64,000 nucleotides of DNA from NCBI GenBank assembly GCA_965655095.1, contig OZ296656.1:56606001-56670000 (forward strand). The letters run 5' to 3'. This DNA comes from Haplodiscus bocki (taxonomy: Eukaryota). Under the pieces are notes generated by a model. The model was not told the DNA's origin. It saw only the letters and a program-made list of their open reading frames with translations, and did no database searches. Each line of letters begins with the position of its first letter. The stretch's first letter is position 1. The position numbers and the translations under genes are program-made. This document shows, one piece after another, positions 35,400-49,620 of this stretch.

Positions 35400-37374
35400 A
35401 TGTTTATGTTTCCTAGTGAAAATAGATGCTCTTTTTGTTTTTGAATAAATTTCTTCTTCTTCTTCTTCTTCTTCTTCTTTCTGTCCCACTTCCCCCAGTA
35501 AGAAAGAGGCTATGGGTTTTTCAAACTACCATGTATTTTATCTGGGAAGTATTGCTCAGCTAAGAGAAACATCGTCATTCATCCAATGTTGAGAAATCTC
35601 CATGAAGATGTCATAATCCGACGAAGGCTGGAAAAAACTACACCAGGTATGAAACACCCTGGAAAGTTTTAACCGGAACGCTAAACTTCATTACGAGAGC
35701 CTGCTGTAGCAACTCGAGAGACAGAATTTTCAAATGAACCGGAATGCAATTTCTTCGGAAAACATCACTTCGATGTTTTTCTTCACTTTGTCTTGTTCTG
35801 AACAGCATAAAAATAAGCTCTTGTTGGAACGAAACAACTATGAGCAAGAAGACTATGACAAGAGATTAGGAGGTCAATTGAAACTTAAGCGGTCAGCATT
35901 TCAAAACTGAGGAAAGTAAGTTACGGAGACTGCCGTCATCGTCATCAGCTTTCCTCCATGTGACAAAAACCTTCGTTCTTGACTGTTACAATGATTTTGT
36001 GTTCACCGGTTTCAAGTGGGAAGATGAACACCACTACCCAAGCTTTGATTGAAAATCAAATTTCATCAACTTTATCAAATTTTCGATAAACACTGATTTT
36101 GAAAGCCTAACTGCTGAGCTGATATACCTTATTTTGGTTGGAATAACGGAAATTGGAGTTATGTCCCAGTTTGGCTTAATCTGAGAGAGAGACAATAGTG
36201 AGCAATGGTCTAACAAAAGAGCACAACAGAAGTTTATCAAATGTTCATGAAATTGGTGAAGTTCAATGAAAATTGAAACTGCCTGGAATCAACACAGTTC
36301 AAGGTTTTGATCATACTTAAATCAGTAAACATAACCCACCCATCGTGACTCAACTCATGCAAGTTTTTCCGGATAACTCTGTTGTGCTCCTTATGTGATA
36401 CTCCACTTTGAATTCATGCAATCTCATCGCGCTTAACTTCCAGAAATATCAAGCTGCATTGACTACAGCCAGCAGTTGTGGCGGATTCACTTTCATACAC
36501 TAACTAATTCGACAGCATAGCAATTAACGAGCCCAAGAAAACCCGCAGATGGTAAGAAGTTCTTCCTACCATCGGTCATGGAACCACGCAAACTACCACA
36601 ACACAACACAAATTTTGGCAACCAGTTTATCTGGAACCACCAGCACGACCGTCCCTATTGCTATCCACAGTTCAATTAGAACCACTCTTACGCACGTTCG
36701 TTTTTTATGTTACAGCACCTCACTCGCACGACCTTCTTTATTGTCGTCTTCGCTAGATTCATCTTCCGTAAACAGAGCCATTTTTTAAACGCATTGTACA
36801 CCACATCAAAATTTCACCTAATTTTACCAACCTTAAATCAATTTTTGAACTTTATGCTAACTATTGTCAATTTCGAAAGAAATGAACGGAGGGAAGTAAA
36901 ATAAACTAAAAAAAATCAAGCTGGATGAAAACAACAGTTGTGATTGCAGCCCGATCATGAGCGCCCAAAAGGACAACGTGAAAACTAGACTTAAACACGT
37001 GGTTCAGCCCAAAAAAGCAATGAGCGAATCAGGAAACACTTTGCTTCCCCAACTCACCATATGGACAATTTCTTTTGCTTCTGAATACTTTTCTTTTTTC
37101 AAATTTCTGACTTTGGCTCTAATTACTGAAGAAGTGCTAATCTTGTAGCATAGTCCTTCTGTCTGAGTTCTTTAAAAATGGTTTTAATGGATTTATTCAG
37201 ACACTTTGCCCAAAGGTTTTTCACACTATGGCCGTGGTTTGAATTTCCTTGTGGAGACACTTCCTACAACAGATTTCGACTCCCGCATTTACGCATTTAA
37301 AGTTGTTTCTAGTGTTTCTTTACTGTCATGACCCTAATAGAAAACAATTCACAGTTTTAACGCAAAATTTTCCA

Positions 37375-37574
37375 NNNNNNNNNNNNNNNNNNNNNNNNNN
37401 NNNNNNNNNNNNNNNNNNNNNNNNNNNNNNNNNNNNNNNNNNNNNNNNNNNNNNNNNNNNNNNNNNNNNNNNNNNNNNNNNNNNNNNNNNNNNNNNNNNN
37501 NNNNNNNNNNNNNNNNNNNNNNNNNNNNNNNNNNNNNNNNNNNNNNNNNNNNNNNNNNNNNNNNNNNNNNNNNN
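37375..37574. other. Assembly gap (200 N)
   Basis: Run of n. Confidence 0.99.
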
Positions 37575-40069
37575 TGATCAGAGATTGCGCCCGCAACTTG
37601 ATTGTTCATACGTTACCAATCTTTGTCTTGAAAGTAAATTCCCATTCCATTTTCCCGCCTTTAAAAAAACTCTGACACAGAAACTTTTATTTTAATTATG
37701 CTCGCAATATTTTGATTGAACGCAGTTTGAAATAAATTTTTCATAGTGCCAACAGTCTTTTGATTAAACGCACCTTTTTCATTATTTCATGTTTTATACT
37801 CTCATCAAATTTTTTTCATTCCTGGCTGTTGGAAAAGTTTATACAAATACGACAACTGAAACTTCATTCATTCAACATTGTGCAAGAGAATTGTCCAAAC
37901 ATTTCCTATATTGACTAATGAACTTTTCTGGATTCAACTATTTCCAATTTCTTTGGAAAATTTATGAAACCACGTGAAACAAACAAGCTGCTAATTCACA
38001 CTCAACTACTCCATCTGAAAATGAAAATGATGATAAAATCAACCACATTGAAAAAATTATTGAATCTCCTCAATATTAATCTAATGAGTCAAACACCTGT
38101 AGAGCCAAAAACAACTCCAACTGATAATAGACAACCAAATCTTCTGGAAAGCCATGAATATTCTTATTCTGAGATATTTACTGTACAAGTACAAAATCTA
38201 TCTGTGGAAAAGCAACCAAAATTCTCTGAAATTTTATCATGAAAACAAACTCAAGCTGACAACGAACGTTTACAATTACAACATCAACGAAGAATTGAAG
38301 CTGCAAACCAAATATCACGAAAACAAGAACTGGAGCGTGATCAATTGACACAACATTTGAATCAAATTGATACTGAAAACCAACATGAACAAATTCGCGC
38401 GGACAATACTAAATTGTTACCTTCAAATTCAAAAAAAGTACCACCACACCCGGTTCCAAGATCTGAATTTTCCATTCCTAAAAATTTCATGTTGTTCCAG
38501 AAAGACGAAAACGAACATTTTTTACCGATGCTCTTATCTTTTTTGAAAAACTCGTAAATACTTCAACAATTTCTTTGCCATTTGAAAAACATTCGAATGG
38601 TATTTATTCATTTATTCAATTCCTCTGATTAGAGAACATTATGACTCCTATTCATATTGTATTCATTATAGGACTTGTCAAGGAAATCTTGGTAAAGTAC
38701 CTTTCAATGTAGTTTTTAACCCTGTTAAAACCATTAACACCGGAATAACTTCGGAGACAATAATTTCGAGGGATCTTTAATTCCCAACTCAGGATGAACT
38801 CGAACAATTTTGGAATAAACTGCAAAAAGCTAATAAAAGATTAGATCAACCTATAGATGAACTTCGTAAAAAAGAACGTTTTTTTGACACTTCTTAAGTG
38901 GATAAAGTTAAAAGATCTATTATTCCACACCATTGGTTATTAGCAAAAACTGCTCCAATAAATGCTTTCCATTAACATTTTCATCTCAATTAACTGTTTT
39001 AGACACTGTAACAGAACCACAAAATAAAATTTTTTCTCTTTTTCGGAAAATGCTTTTCCTATTTAATTATCAACTTGTTTGGAATACTCTAAATCGAAGT
39101 TGTCTTAAAAACTTCTCAAATCATTTCACTGAACAAAAGTTTTTTGCATCCGTGATAAAAATTGAAAATATTCAACTCAAATATTATAATCTATTCCAAA
39201 CCATTACTGAAAATATTTCTCAATTAGAATTTTTGCACAATAAGATTACAAAAAAAACAAATAGACCTATTGATCACAGTATTGATGACACACGCTCATT
39301 TCAATCAACAATGACTGAATAAATTAATGCTCGAAAATCAAAACAAAAAATTATTGCTTATTTCCAACCTCTACCACAATCAACTTCTGTCAATTTAAAT
39401 CCAATTATAAACAATACGGAAGCCACTGAGAGTACATCTCCTACTAGAATCACTCGAATAATTTCAATTAAAAGTAGTTCTGCTCTGACACCAGGTATTA
39501 CAAAACCATTGCAAGTTCCCACAGAAACCAATCGAAGCAATTCTGGTATTCATATTGAACAAAACACATCTAAAAAGTTTACAACTCAAAATAATTCTTG
39601 TGGTGTATTTCCTCATCAATTTCAAGTTCAAAACACTGCAAATCTACGATTTTCTTAAAGTAATAGAATTCAAAGGAAAGTAGCAATGTATAAACCACTT
39701 ACTAACTATATTAACCAACTTGAAGATAACCAAACTGTATCAAAGCAAACAAATGGATCGAATGATCAAACATTTACGCCGAATAAAATAACTTCAACCA
39801 TTTCTATTCTGTAAAGACATGCTTTGGTTCAGCCGAATTTTGCTGATACTTACTCATTGAGTAGTACCAACAATAATCAATTCTAAACAAATATTAAAAT
39901 AAATTCCACGGTAAATCACAGTCAAACGTTATATTAACCACACACTCTATCTAATATAGGTCCTCTTACAATTTTACCGTCATCATCTTCAAAGGTGAAT
40001 CCAGCAAACTTTTCTTCTGTAAGCACGCAAATCTATACTGTACATTCAATTTGTTACAAAGAACAAATC

Positions 40070-40830
40070 GATGAGAACTTTTAATGGACTTGACTTTCAA
40101 AATACACCTGGAAAAAAGTTACATCAAATTGATGCACACATAATTTTTGATAAGGGAGAATACCCTCTCGACCTTGCAGCTTATAATCGATGGCACAAAC
40201 AAGAAATGGCATAAAGTCAATGTTCTTTAGCTGGAAATGCTCTCGGCTGGATTTTGCGACTAACTGAAAGTTACTTAAAGGACTCGTCTGCTCTTGTATC
40301 TACCTTCAGAAAACAATAATCTTCTCGGAAAACTGCAGATTACGCAAAAATTGAATCTCAGGCTTTAGGGAAAAAGGAACTGAAAACTTACGTCATCATG
40401 TTCTGAAAGTTCAACAACTAGCTAAAAAGGGCTGGTGTAATGAATCTCCTGCAACTATTAACCTCAAGTTTAATGGATTTTCCATTAAAGGACTGCCAAA
40501 GCAACTGAAAAACTTTGCGGCAAGTCAAACATATATCTGCTCTTTTAAAAACATTCCATTCGATTTCATACACGAATTAAACGTGTTGATGCTGAAGTTG
40601 TTACGAATGGAGATATTCGTACTCCTGATATACTACTGGAAATTAATAATGTAAAATCAAAATTGGCATATCATAATTTATCCGCTGAAACTTAATATTC
40701 GAATCCTGAAGTCATGTTTACACGATTAACTGATGCAAATTATAAAAAGAAACCTCAATTCTGGAAATACTGTAATTATCGTCATTAACTCAATCACTCT
40801 ACTTCAAATTGTTCTCGCAAACAACGCGAA
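40070..40830 (+). pseudogene. gag relic (capsid-like region and zinc knuckle)
   Basis: LHQIDAHIIF..QCSLAGNALGW; degenerate CCHC YCNYRH*LNHSTSNC at 40768-40812. Confidence 0.6.
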
Positions 40831-41489
40831 GTTGAAGAAGAAAACGGAACTGCTATTCTCGATCGAAATATTCTGTAAAAGTCCTCAACCAATATTTTAA
40901 AGCTTAATAGAGACAATTTAACCCAAATGAACAAGCTTCATCCTATCCTGTAAACCAATAATCACGTAATAGTAATGATTCACGGATTCGTGCGAATTCA
41001 AGAAATCGAGAATCTCCATATCGATCCTCTTGTTTTAGATCACCTTCACTTTTAGGTCGATCAAGTGAAAAGTCTCGTTGTTGATGTTGTTATCGTGATA
41101 GAGAATACAAATCAAATCGAACTCCATCACGTTCAAGATATACTGAATTTTGAAACCAAAGAATAAACTCTAGATCCAATTACGATTCCTCTTTCAGAAT
41201 TGATCGCCATGGTTTTTTTTCTAGGTCCAACTCTACAAGTCGACAGTACTTTAAAAATCATAAATGCTTATATTGACCTCCATGAAGACCACGTTCTCCA
41301 TCTGCGTCTGCATCTAGAGGATTTGTCAATATTATACAACCAAACTCCGCTGAAAATCATGACCACTACACTTGAAGTTTTTCAAAGTCAAAAGACAAAT
41401 TTCAATTAATTTGTATACCACTGAAATTGCGAATGCTATTACTCCAACAAGCTAGTTTTCTAAGTTGTCTATTCTTTCTCAAAACAAAA

Positions 41490-44400
41490 TTGATTCAAGT
41501 TTAACTTCAGTACTGGAAATTGTTTTTCTGTTGGGTTGCGGTGCACGTTTTGATGTACTTGAAATATCAATTTTTGTTAAGATGACCGAAACGTTCAATT
41601 TTGGTTTGCATGATTGACATGATACATCAAAACCACTGACTATTGCAAACCAATCTGAAATTCCGATTAAGCAAAGAATTTCTGTAACTTGTTTCTCATT
41701 AATGGAAACAAATTTAGGATACTTGATGATCGCCTTCGCTGTAGCTGATATTAAATATAATTACCTCGGAATACCATTCCTCGAGAATGACATACAAAAT
41801 AATAATATTCATGATTTTTTTATGAAATTCAAACATTCCTCTAATTATCCACCTACATTTTTTTTACCCCAATCATTGAAGTGAATTGCCTTTTCTTTTT
41901 TCTTATTTATCAAAAAAAATAAAAACAAAAACAACATATATTAAACCCAACACTGGACAAACCATACACTTTCCAATGAAAAAATCAAAAACTCTTTTGC
42001 TCTAAACTGAAAAGCATGAACCACTTTTTGCTGAATTGCCTCAAACTTATTTTTTGTCAAAACTGAAACGATACCTTTCCTTCATGGAAGTTTAATCGAA
42101 GAATTCTAAAAATTCCTTCTCAGTATAGGTTCATAAAAATACTATGCACATGGTTACACCTACAATTGGAAAATTAGGATGTATAGAAATTCCTATTACC
42201 ACTGCGAAACCATCTCATTTTAGAATTAATGATTTGAACACACTGATTCCTTCAGTAGCTCATAGCTAACAACCTGAAATAACTGAACCAATTAATGTTC
42301 ATTAAAAAGATTTGAACCAAGAAAAAACAATTTTTGCGAAGTTAACGAATTTGATCTGTATAAAAATCCAATCTTTAACAAAACTGTCTGTAATATACAA
42401 CTGTCTCAAAAATCAGCTCCACGAGTATATGCACCTTCACCAATTTAAAAAGAAGAATTACAATTTCCGAATAAGGTTCATTTTCAGTACTCTGATCTGA
42501 AAAACTCTCAATATATACAACTCTGCAAAATTTTTTCTCAAAAAAACACCGTTATGCGTCACATCGTAAGGATGTCGGAAAAATTTCGACTCCGTCTCTG
42601 GTTAGAGGAAAACCTCATTCTAGACTGCAAACACGAACCGACTAAAATTTTTCTGAAACCACCGATTATTAAAAAAATTAATGACTCTATTAAATTTGTG
42701 TTGGATGCTGGACATCTCAATTCAAACACTGATAAGTAAGTTGAATCCTGGCCACTAGATCTTTTTGCAACACGGCTTGCTAGAGCAAACAAAGAATTTT
42801 TATCTGCAATTTATCTTAAGTACGCATATGCACAGGCTACTTTAGATGATGGAACTATCAAAAGAACTGGATTTTAACCGGGTGATAAGCTTTATGGTTT
42901 CATTAAAGGATATTTTGGCCCCAAAAGATCTTCCAAATTTTTTCACACAACAAAGATCCCTATTTTTAAAGATTTGATTAGTCAAGGATCTGCACTGGTT
43001 TATATTGATGATATTCTACTCTTGTCAAACTCTAAACCACTTATGCTTCAACTTGTCAAAGAACATCATGATAATGCTAAAGAAGCAAATCTGAATTTAG
43101 CCCCAAACTGGCCCTAAAACAATTAAACCAATTCAATCCGAAATTGCTGCAATTCTTAAAATTCCTTCTCCGACTACAAAAAATGAACTGATGAGGTTCT
43201 TTGGCTCACTAAACTTTTTTCAAAATTTTCTGATAAATTTCATGTTAATATGAAGCCCCTGTATGATTTACTTCTTAAAATTTAAACATTTTACTAGAAC
43301 AATGAATTGGAAACACTTTCAACAAACCAAACATTTCATTATAATAGATGTTATTCAGACGTTACCCAATACAAAACATCTACTCTTTTTTTACTGTAGA
43401 TTCAACTTTAATTGGTGTAGGCTGTGTTTTATGCCAAAGGACTGTTAAGGCAAATTGGATAATATTTCTTATATTTCTCAAATTTTCACAATTACTGAAC
43501 AACAACACTACTGCAAATCGTGAATTGTTTGGAATCGTATTTTCACTAACAGGATACGAACATAATATTATTAGCCCAGGTGCTTTCATTAACGTTTTCA
43601 ATGATCATAAACCAATCTCTAGCTGGTTCACTAAAAAAGGAAACCTGTCTCCAATATTTTACACTGCACAAATGCAGTTGTCCAAATTTCAGAAACTTCG
43701 TTTAATTTATACGAATGGAATTAATCTCTCTGTAGGTGATATTTTCGGTCGTTCCTTTACTCAAACAGAACTGCAACTTATTTAACTACAACACGAAGAA
43801 ATAATTTTTTCGCAAAATTGGCACATGATAACCAAAATAAAACTGTAAACTATCTAGTCAAACATGAAAGTGTACTTGCTTCACAAAAAGACGATTACCA
43901 TCCTATTTCAGCTGGTTTCGGAAATGATCAGTTCATTTTCCTCTGAACATGCCGAGCCATTTCAAAGTCATTATAAAAACCAATCAATGAAAATACTGAA
44001 ACATTATTACAACAATCTGCAATTTTGAGTGATACCGTTATCACTGATAGTGATGATACTTTCGAAAAAAAGAACTAGAATATCATATTCAATTCTTCCT
44101 TCATTTGTCGCTAGATAACTTTCAATCTACATGTGAAACGTATAATGACTCTGAAAAAGAAAAATTACATCTGCAGATTATTTACGAAACACATCTATCT
44201 GTAGTCAAACAATCACTGAAGAATTCGTTCTTTGATCCATCATTCTTTAGATACACATCTCAAATTATTGAATTCTTTTCAACTCCCCATATTCGAAACA
44301 TCTAAAACAGACCCTGATCTGAACATTGTATATAAATAGATAACCGAAAACTCACATCTTGTAGTAAAAACACCTGTTATAACTGCTAGTCCAATTTTGC

Positions 44401-45700
44401 TCGAATTTTACTGATTATTTCCAAATCTGTATTTTGGTGAAAGAACTATACTGATAACTATTAAAACCCAACATCGCAAAAATATTGATAAACTTCCACA
44501 GTACACTGATGATAACGTTTCATTTCATATCTTTCGCTTACGCTTACCACTGAATTTGTTTTATGCCGAATTCGAAAAAGTTTATGAATACTCTCTTGCT
44601 GGTTTCGATTTTGCCCAATATAAATTCAATCAAAAATATAACTTTACTTTTCTCCAAAAATCGCTATCAGTTTTTCAATATTGTATAAATTGCCACATGC
44701 ACACGTACAAAAACATGAAAGAAAACAAAACTGCAATCTTACCATTCTCAAAACTGTCCAAATTATAAAACGATAGTGTTTCAATGGATTCCAAACGTCC
44801 GGTAAACCCTGCCTCTGAAGCAAATCAGTTTAATTAGGTAATTTTTGATCATTTTGGCAATTACATTGTAACTGTACCAACTTCAAAAAAATGCTCGTTT
44901 TGCTGTAAACGCAATATTCAACCATGGATTTCAAAATCTGGCCCTCCTCAATATCTCATTACAGATAGAGGAACCGAATATCTACGTCCTGAATTGCAAA
45001 ATTGCGGTACCTTGTTTAAAATTCGTCATTATCCAACAAATTCACATGCTCCCTTGACGAATGGACATGTTGAAGTACAAAATAAATACCTTGGAACCCA
45101 TCTGAGATTGTTTCTACAAGATATCACCAAAAATTGATCTCTTCAAGTACTTTTTTTGCTTATACTCATAATACTCAACCAATATCATAACTCCAAAAAT
45201 CACCATACAAAATTGTTTTTCACACGCAACCGCGTATTCCACTGAATTTTCAATTGAACTGTTCCCAAAATTCATTTCGTGAAGGTATTTCACAGAACTG
45301 CTCTGATGTGCCACATCAATCTCATTATCAATCAACCTATTTAAAACCGTTGTTTCCAATCATTATGTTGAAACCACTCTCCACATGGTTTCTTTCTATT
45401 GAAACAGCAAGGATGTAAACCTTTACAAAAGCATATCAATACACACTGAAAGAAGATATTATCTTGCATATACAATGCTAAACTCACCCAATCGGGATGA
45501 ACCATCGCCGTTGAGTTCATTTTTTTCACATCGAACTTTTGAAGCTGCTCAATTTTCGAATAAACGAAAACCACTTCGTAATGGTCCTTTCAAGAAAATT
45601 AACCAGCCTACCGATTTTACCCATGAACTTCTGACACAGGAAAGAAAAACGTTTCACACACATCAAAATCACCTGATTCCTTTTCTACAGAACTTTTGCT
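41490..45700 (+). pseudogene. pol relic (protease, RT, RNase H, integrase)
   Basis: LEIVFLLGCGA (mutated LDSGA, ~41513); FVLDAGHLN; YIDDILL at 43001; VDSTLIGVGCVL, RELFGIVFSL, DHKPI; ITDRGTEY (~44958); NGHVEVQNK (~45060). Confidence 0.88.
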
Positions 45701-47529
45701 CTTTCCTCACATTCAGTCATACAATGAAGAAAGTCCTCTAATATTTCATGATCCTTATACAACAGACATGATTCAAAATGATTTATATACTTCATGTCAT
45801 TATTCTGAATTTGATGATTATGTTTTTGGAGATGACCGGTTCAGTCATAATGAAGATGATCAACCAATTGTTTTTGATATTGATTTTTTCAAATCTGCAA
45901 AACCGGATGATAGTCATTAAAATAACTCACGATCAAAATCTGATTCTCAAAATTTTGCACAAGAAACCACGGTCGTCAAAATTTCAATCATTCAACGAAC
46001 TTCCTGAAATTTTGAATCTTCCGAAAATGACACTGTTCACGACTCTCCTACGTTACTCGCTAAACAATCAAATTTCTCTCTGCATTTCAACCAATCACAA
46101 ACCTCCAACAGAAACACTCGACCCAAATATGATCTACGACCACTACCGACAGAAAATTACTGTCCTTTCATTCCATCACTTTCCTCTCCGGATGAATATC
46201 CATGTTCAGAAAAATCAAACTGAAGGGAGTTGCTCATCGAAAGCCTATAGAGTTGCCCATCAAAAGCTTATAGAAACATCCATAGTACCCTTTTTCTCGT
46301 TCATCATAGATTACATCTCTTGCATTTTGCTGCTAAGTCTCTGCTATATATTTTGGAAAAAAATTCAACACTATGAAAAATGCTCTCCAAAAACTGAATC
46401 TGATAACCCGGAAACAATCGCCACTGTAATGTAATAAAAATGGATATAATTTGAAGTATTCCACAATTGATACCTCTGGTTCAAATATTTGTGATTGCAC
46501 AGAACCAATAAAACCTCTGACTAATAATTTGTTTTTTGATACCGACGTAACCCTGAATTATTACAATCACGTTGTTATATCCAAAACCATCGTCGAGTTT
46601 ATACTCTACCTCTTCTGTAGTCAATGTTCTGAAATGTGGATCCAGAAACTCATCAATTAAAACATCAACCCCTCGACTCAAACTGTAACTCATTCCTATA
46701 ATTTGAAATCAAGACCGATAAAAACATCGTCTTCCCCAAGTACAAGATCAACATCAAGTTAGATCTCTGCAATATTGCGTCACTACGCACAACCTAATTC
46801 ATCTACCTGTGAAACTCTTCCTTCCTCTCTTTTTGATATTCCAATCTCACTGAGACCTTCTTTTGACATTGAACTTTCCTCACTGTTCACTCATAAGCAA
46901 GATCTACTCATCTCATTGGAGATCAAGGATCAGTCTTTTCTCTGAGTACCATCAATCCTACTGATCTTTCATACCATACGCTAGAAGAAAACTCTAGACG
47001 CCCTACACCTGATCTAAACCATTATCCACTGAGACTTGATAATCAAACATTTAATCCTCCCAGACAAAATCTGAGATACAACATCTTTCCTGTAAACAGA
47101 ATTAACAATAGTCTCCAATGTTCTGCTATAACTCCTACCCAAGAAATGACTGAACTAATTCACACTTCAACTGAACAGAAGTCTGAGGACACTGTAAAAT
47201 TCATTGTACTAAACCCTCATCCATTTGCAATCTCAACTCAAATCAGACACCAAACTTTTCCTATATCTTTTGTTCAAACTAGTTTAAAATTAACTTCCTC
47301 CGAAGAACCTCCATTTGATCATCAATGGGGAATTAAAATTTTTTACAACCCTAGATCTACTGTCTCAAAAACAGAACCACTTTCTGAAACTTATGAATTT
47401 ATTACCTGTTAAATCTATGATTTCGTTCTCTGTAACATAAAATTTCTCATTACTGCAGATTACTGATGCAATCACTTTTGAAAATTTAATTCAACTTGAT
47501 GATTCTCGGACTACTTAAACTCATACCCA

Positions 47530-49620
47530 CTCCTCATGATTGTTCTAAACAATACAATCGGAGACAATTTATTTTCAAGCCGGGAACAGAAAAGTCCTCA
47601 AGCTCCTTCTGAAATTGACTATACTACAACTTTTGCTTCTGTATTTATTCGTGCTAAACTGAAAAGAATTAAAGCCCTTTGCTTCTCTGCAACCATTCAA
47701 AAGGTTCGTGTGTTCTCTGCTCAAGATGCACATGACAAATTTTATAGACATGATCGTAGGGATTGGCATACTAATTCAATGCCTCTACCAGACGTACTGG
47801 ACCCTATTGAATGTCAATGTTAATTCCGAAATCTAAATTGTACGGATAGTGCCGAACTGAATCAATATTCTTATATTGGCTCTTCCACTTATTTTGGTAG
47901 ACTGAGCTTTCAAGTTCAAAATGAAAAGAAACAAACGCCATTCACTGTAATCAAATTGAACAGTGTACCTACTGGTGACCAACCAATCAGTTTTGACTCG
48001 ATTATTAGTACTGCACACTCGAAGTCAAGATGAAAAGGCGATAAATAATATCTTATTGGAAAAGAAACTCGGTTGGAAACTTAAATGAAGAGAAACCTTT
48101 GGACTTTGATGATAATTTAGATGAACTAATATTTGAAGGTCATAACCTTCCATGTCTGCATTCCGATGGTTTTTGTAAATCAACACGGAAACATCCCTAT
48201 ACTATTGTCTGATTTCCTGAAAAAAATGTGTAGTATTTCTTATCTCTGACTCTATTGGACAAAAGTCTAAACTGACTAACCGTTATTGGTTAGAAACTGA
48301 GGGTTTCAATCTTTATACCGGGAAAAACACTGAAAAAACAATAAAAGCATACTGTTAACAGTAATTCCTTACACCAAATCACCATTGGGAACTCCTATTC
48401 CAACTTTATCAAAACTGGAATTTTTCCCCACAAAAAATTTCCCTAAAAAACCATCACAAATGCATACAACTCTGGGTCCTGATTTCTTTGTCACAATCAT
48501 GAAGGTTTTAAAATGAAAACTGGATACAAAAACACAATCGTTGTTTACTAAGATTCATCATTTAGTCAATCGCCAACGTCTTCACCATTAGTGTTTGACT
48601 ATGTAAAACTTACATATTACTTTCCTCTGCTGAAAGGTTCAAAAAGCTAAAGTACTGAAGACTATGATCCTCATATTGATACAATGAGAGATTCGTCTAT
48701 CATCCATGTTTACAAATATTTGAGTATTGAAGAATTGATTACATTACAACTTATCCGTGAACTAAAACGAGCACACTTGTCAACTATATTAGCAATGTGT
48801 GTTCAATATACTCAACCTGCTCGTTACCTTTAAACGGGAAATCTTGGTAACTTTTAATATATAGATGGCTCTACTGCTGATTCATATGACTATCCTCAAT
48901 TTTTTTCATCTCTGTTTGAAGCTGATAAACATTTTGATCGTATACCAATATACTATCAAGATACTGTAATGTACATTGACCCAAAAGCCAGACAAAACTT
49001 TAAATTTGCTACCCTTATTTCCTGAGGTAATAATCCACAGAATGTCAAAGAATTAGATCTTGATAATGATGAACACTATGCACAGACAGCTAAACCTGTA
49101 TTACGAATTACCCCAGTGCTCCTCGAACCAGAACGTGTTCAATTTGCAATATACCCAGACACTTTCACTGCACAAGAAGCTGGAATTTATTCCAATCCTG
49201 AAATAACAAAGTTCTCGAATCGTGTTTCGTTTACGAAACACCCTGATACCGCAACGATGTTGTCGGGATAAGCCATCTTTTATGAATTTTTAGCTACCGC
49301 TGAACAACGTCCAACTGACTTCTATTCACATCCTAATAGAATCTTTACAATGTTCTGAGGGTGGGTCTACATGACTACTTTTTAAATATTGCTCCATTTT
49401 TCACTCCTAAATGGTTTGCTGACTGATTCATTGCATTTTTGGTTTTCAATTTCAACTTTTCCTTCAATGCTGAATAGGTTTTTCGACTTTTGTAATTAAG
49501 CAAAATGTTTTCAAACTTTTTCTGAAATTTTTTTAGTCTACATCAATTAAACATAGACTCCAGGAAAAAATTACCATCTTGAGCTCTTTAACTCATGGAT
49601 TTTTCAATTATGCCACATCA
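47530..49620 (+). pseudogene. env-like glycoprotein relic, probably class III fusion (gB/chuvirus-G-like)
   Basis: After the integrase: HDRRDWHTNSM..LDPIEC; GSTA..YD.P..FDRIPIYY..MYIDPKARQ..; AGIYSNPEITKF; hydrophobic TM-like region ~49400-49530. Family assignment is from recalled motifs only. Confidence 0.55.

Larger units (their letters stand above)
31998..35473 (+). mobile_element. Near full-length APE-type LINE (CR1/L2 group), decayed
   Basis: TSD cttctttct (31989-31997, 35474-35482; the right copy merges with the tail); AATAAA then a (TTC)n tail; PHD ORF1 and APE-RT ORF2. Confidence 0.9.

Noticed and set aside
36400-37370. Candidate 5' LTR/PBS of the Gypsy element
   Set aside because: No matching direct repeat found near 53-54 kb and no clear PBS; the gap prevents linking it to the element.
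37249-37695. ORFs spanning the N run
   Set aside because: Artefacts of the assembly gap.
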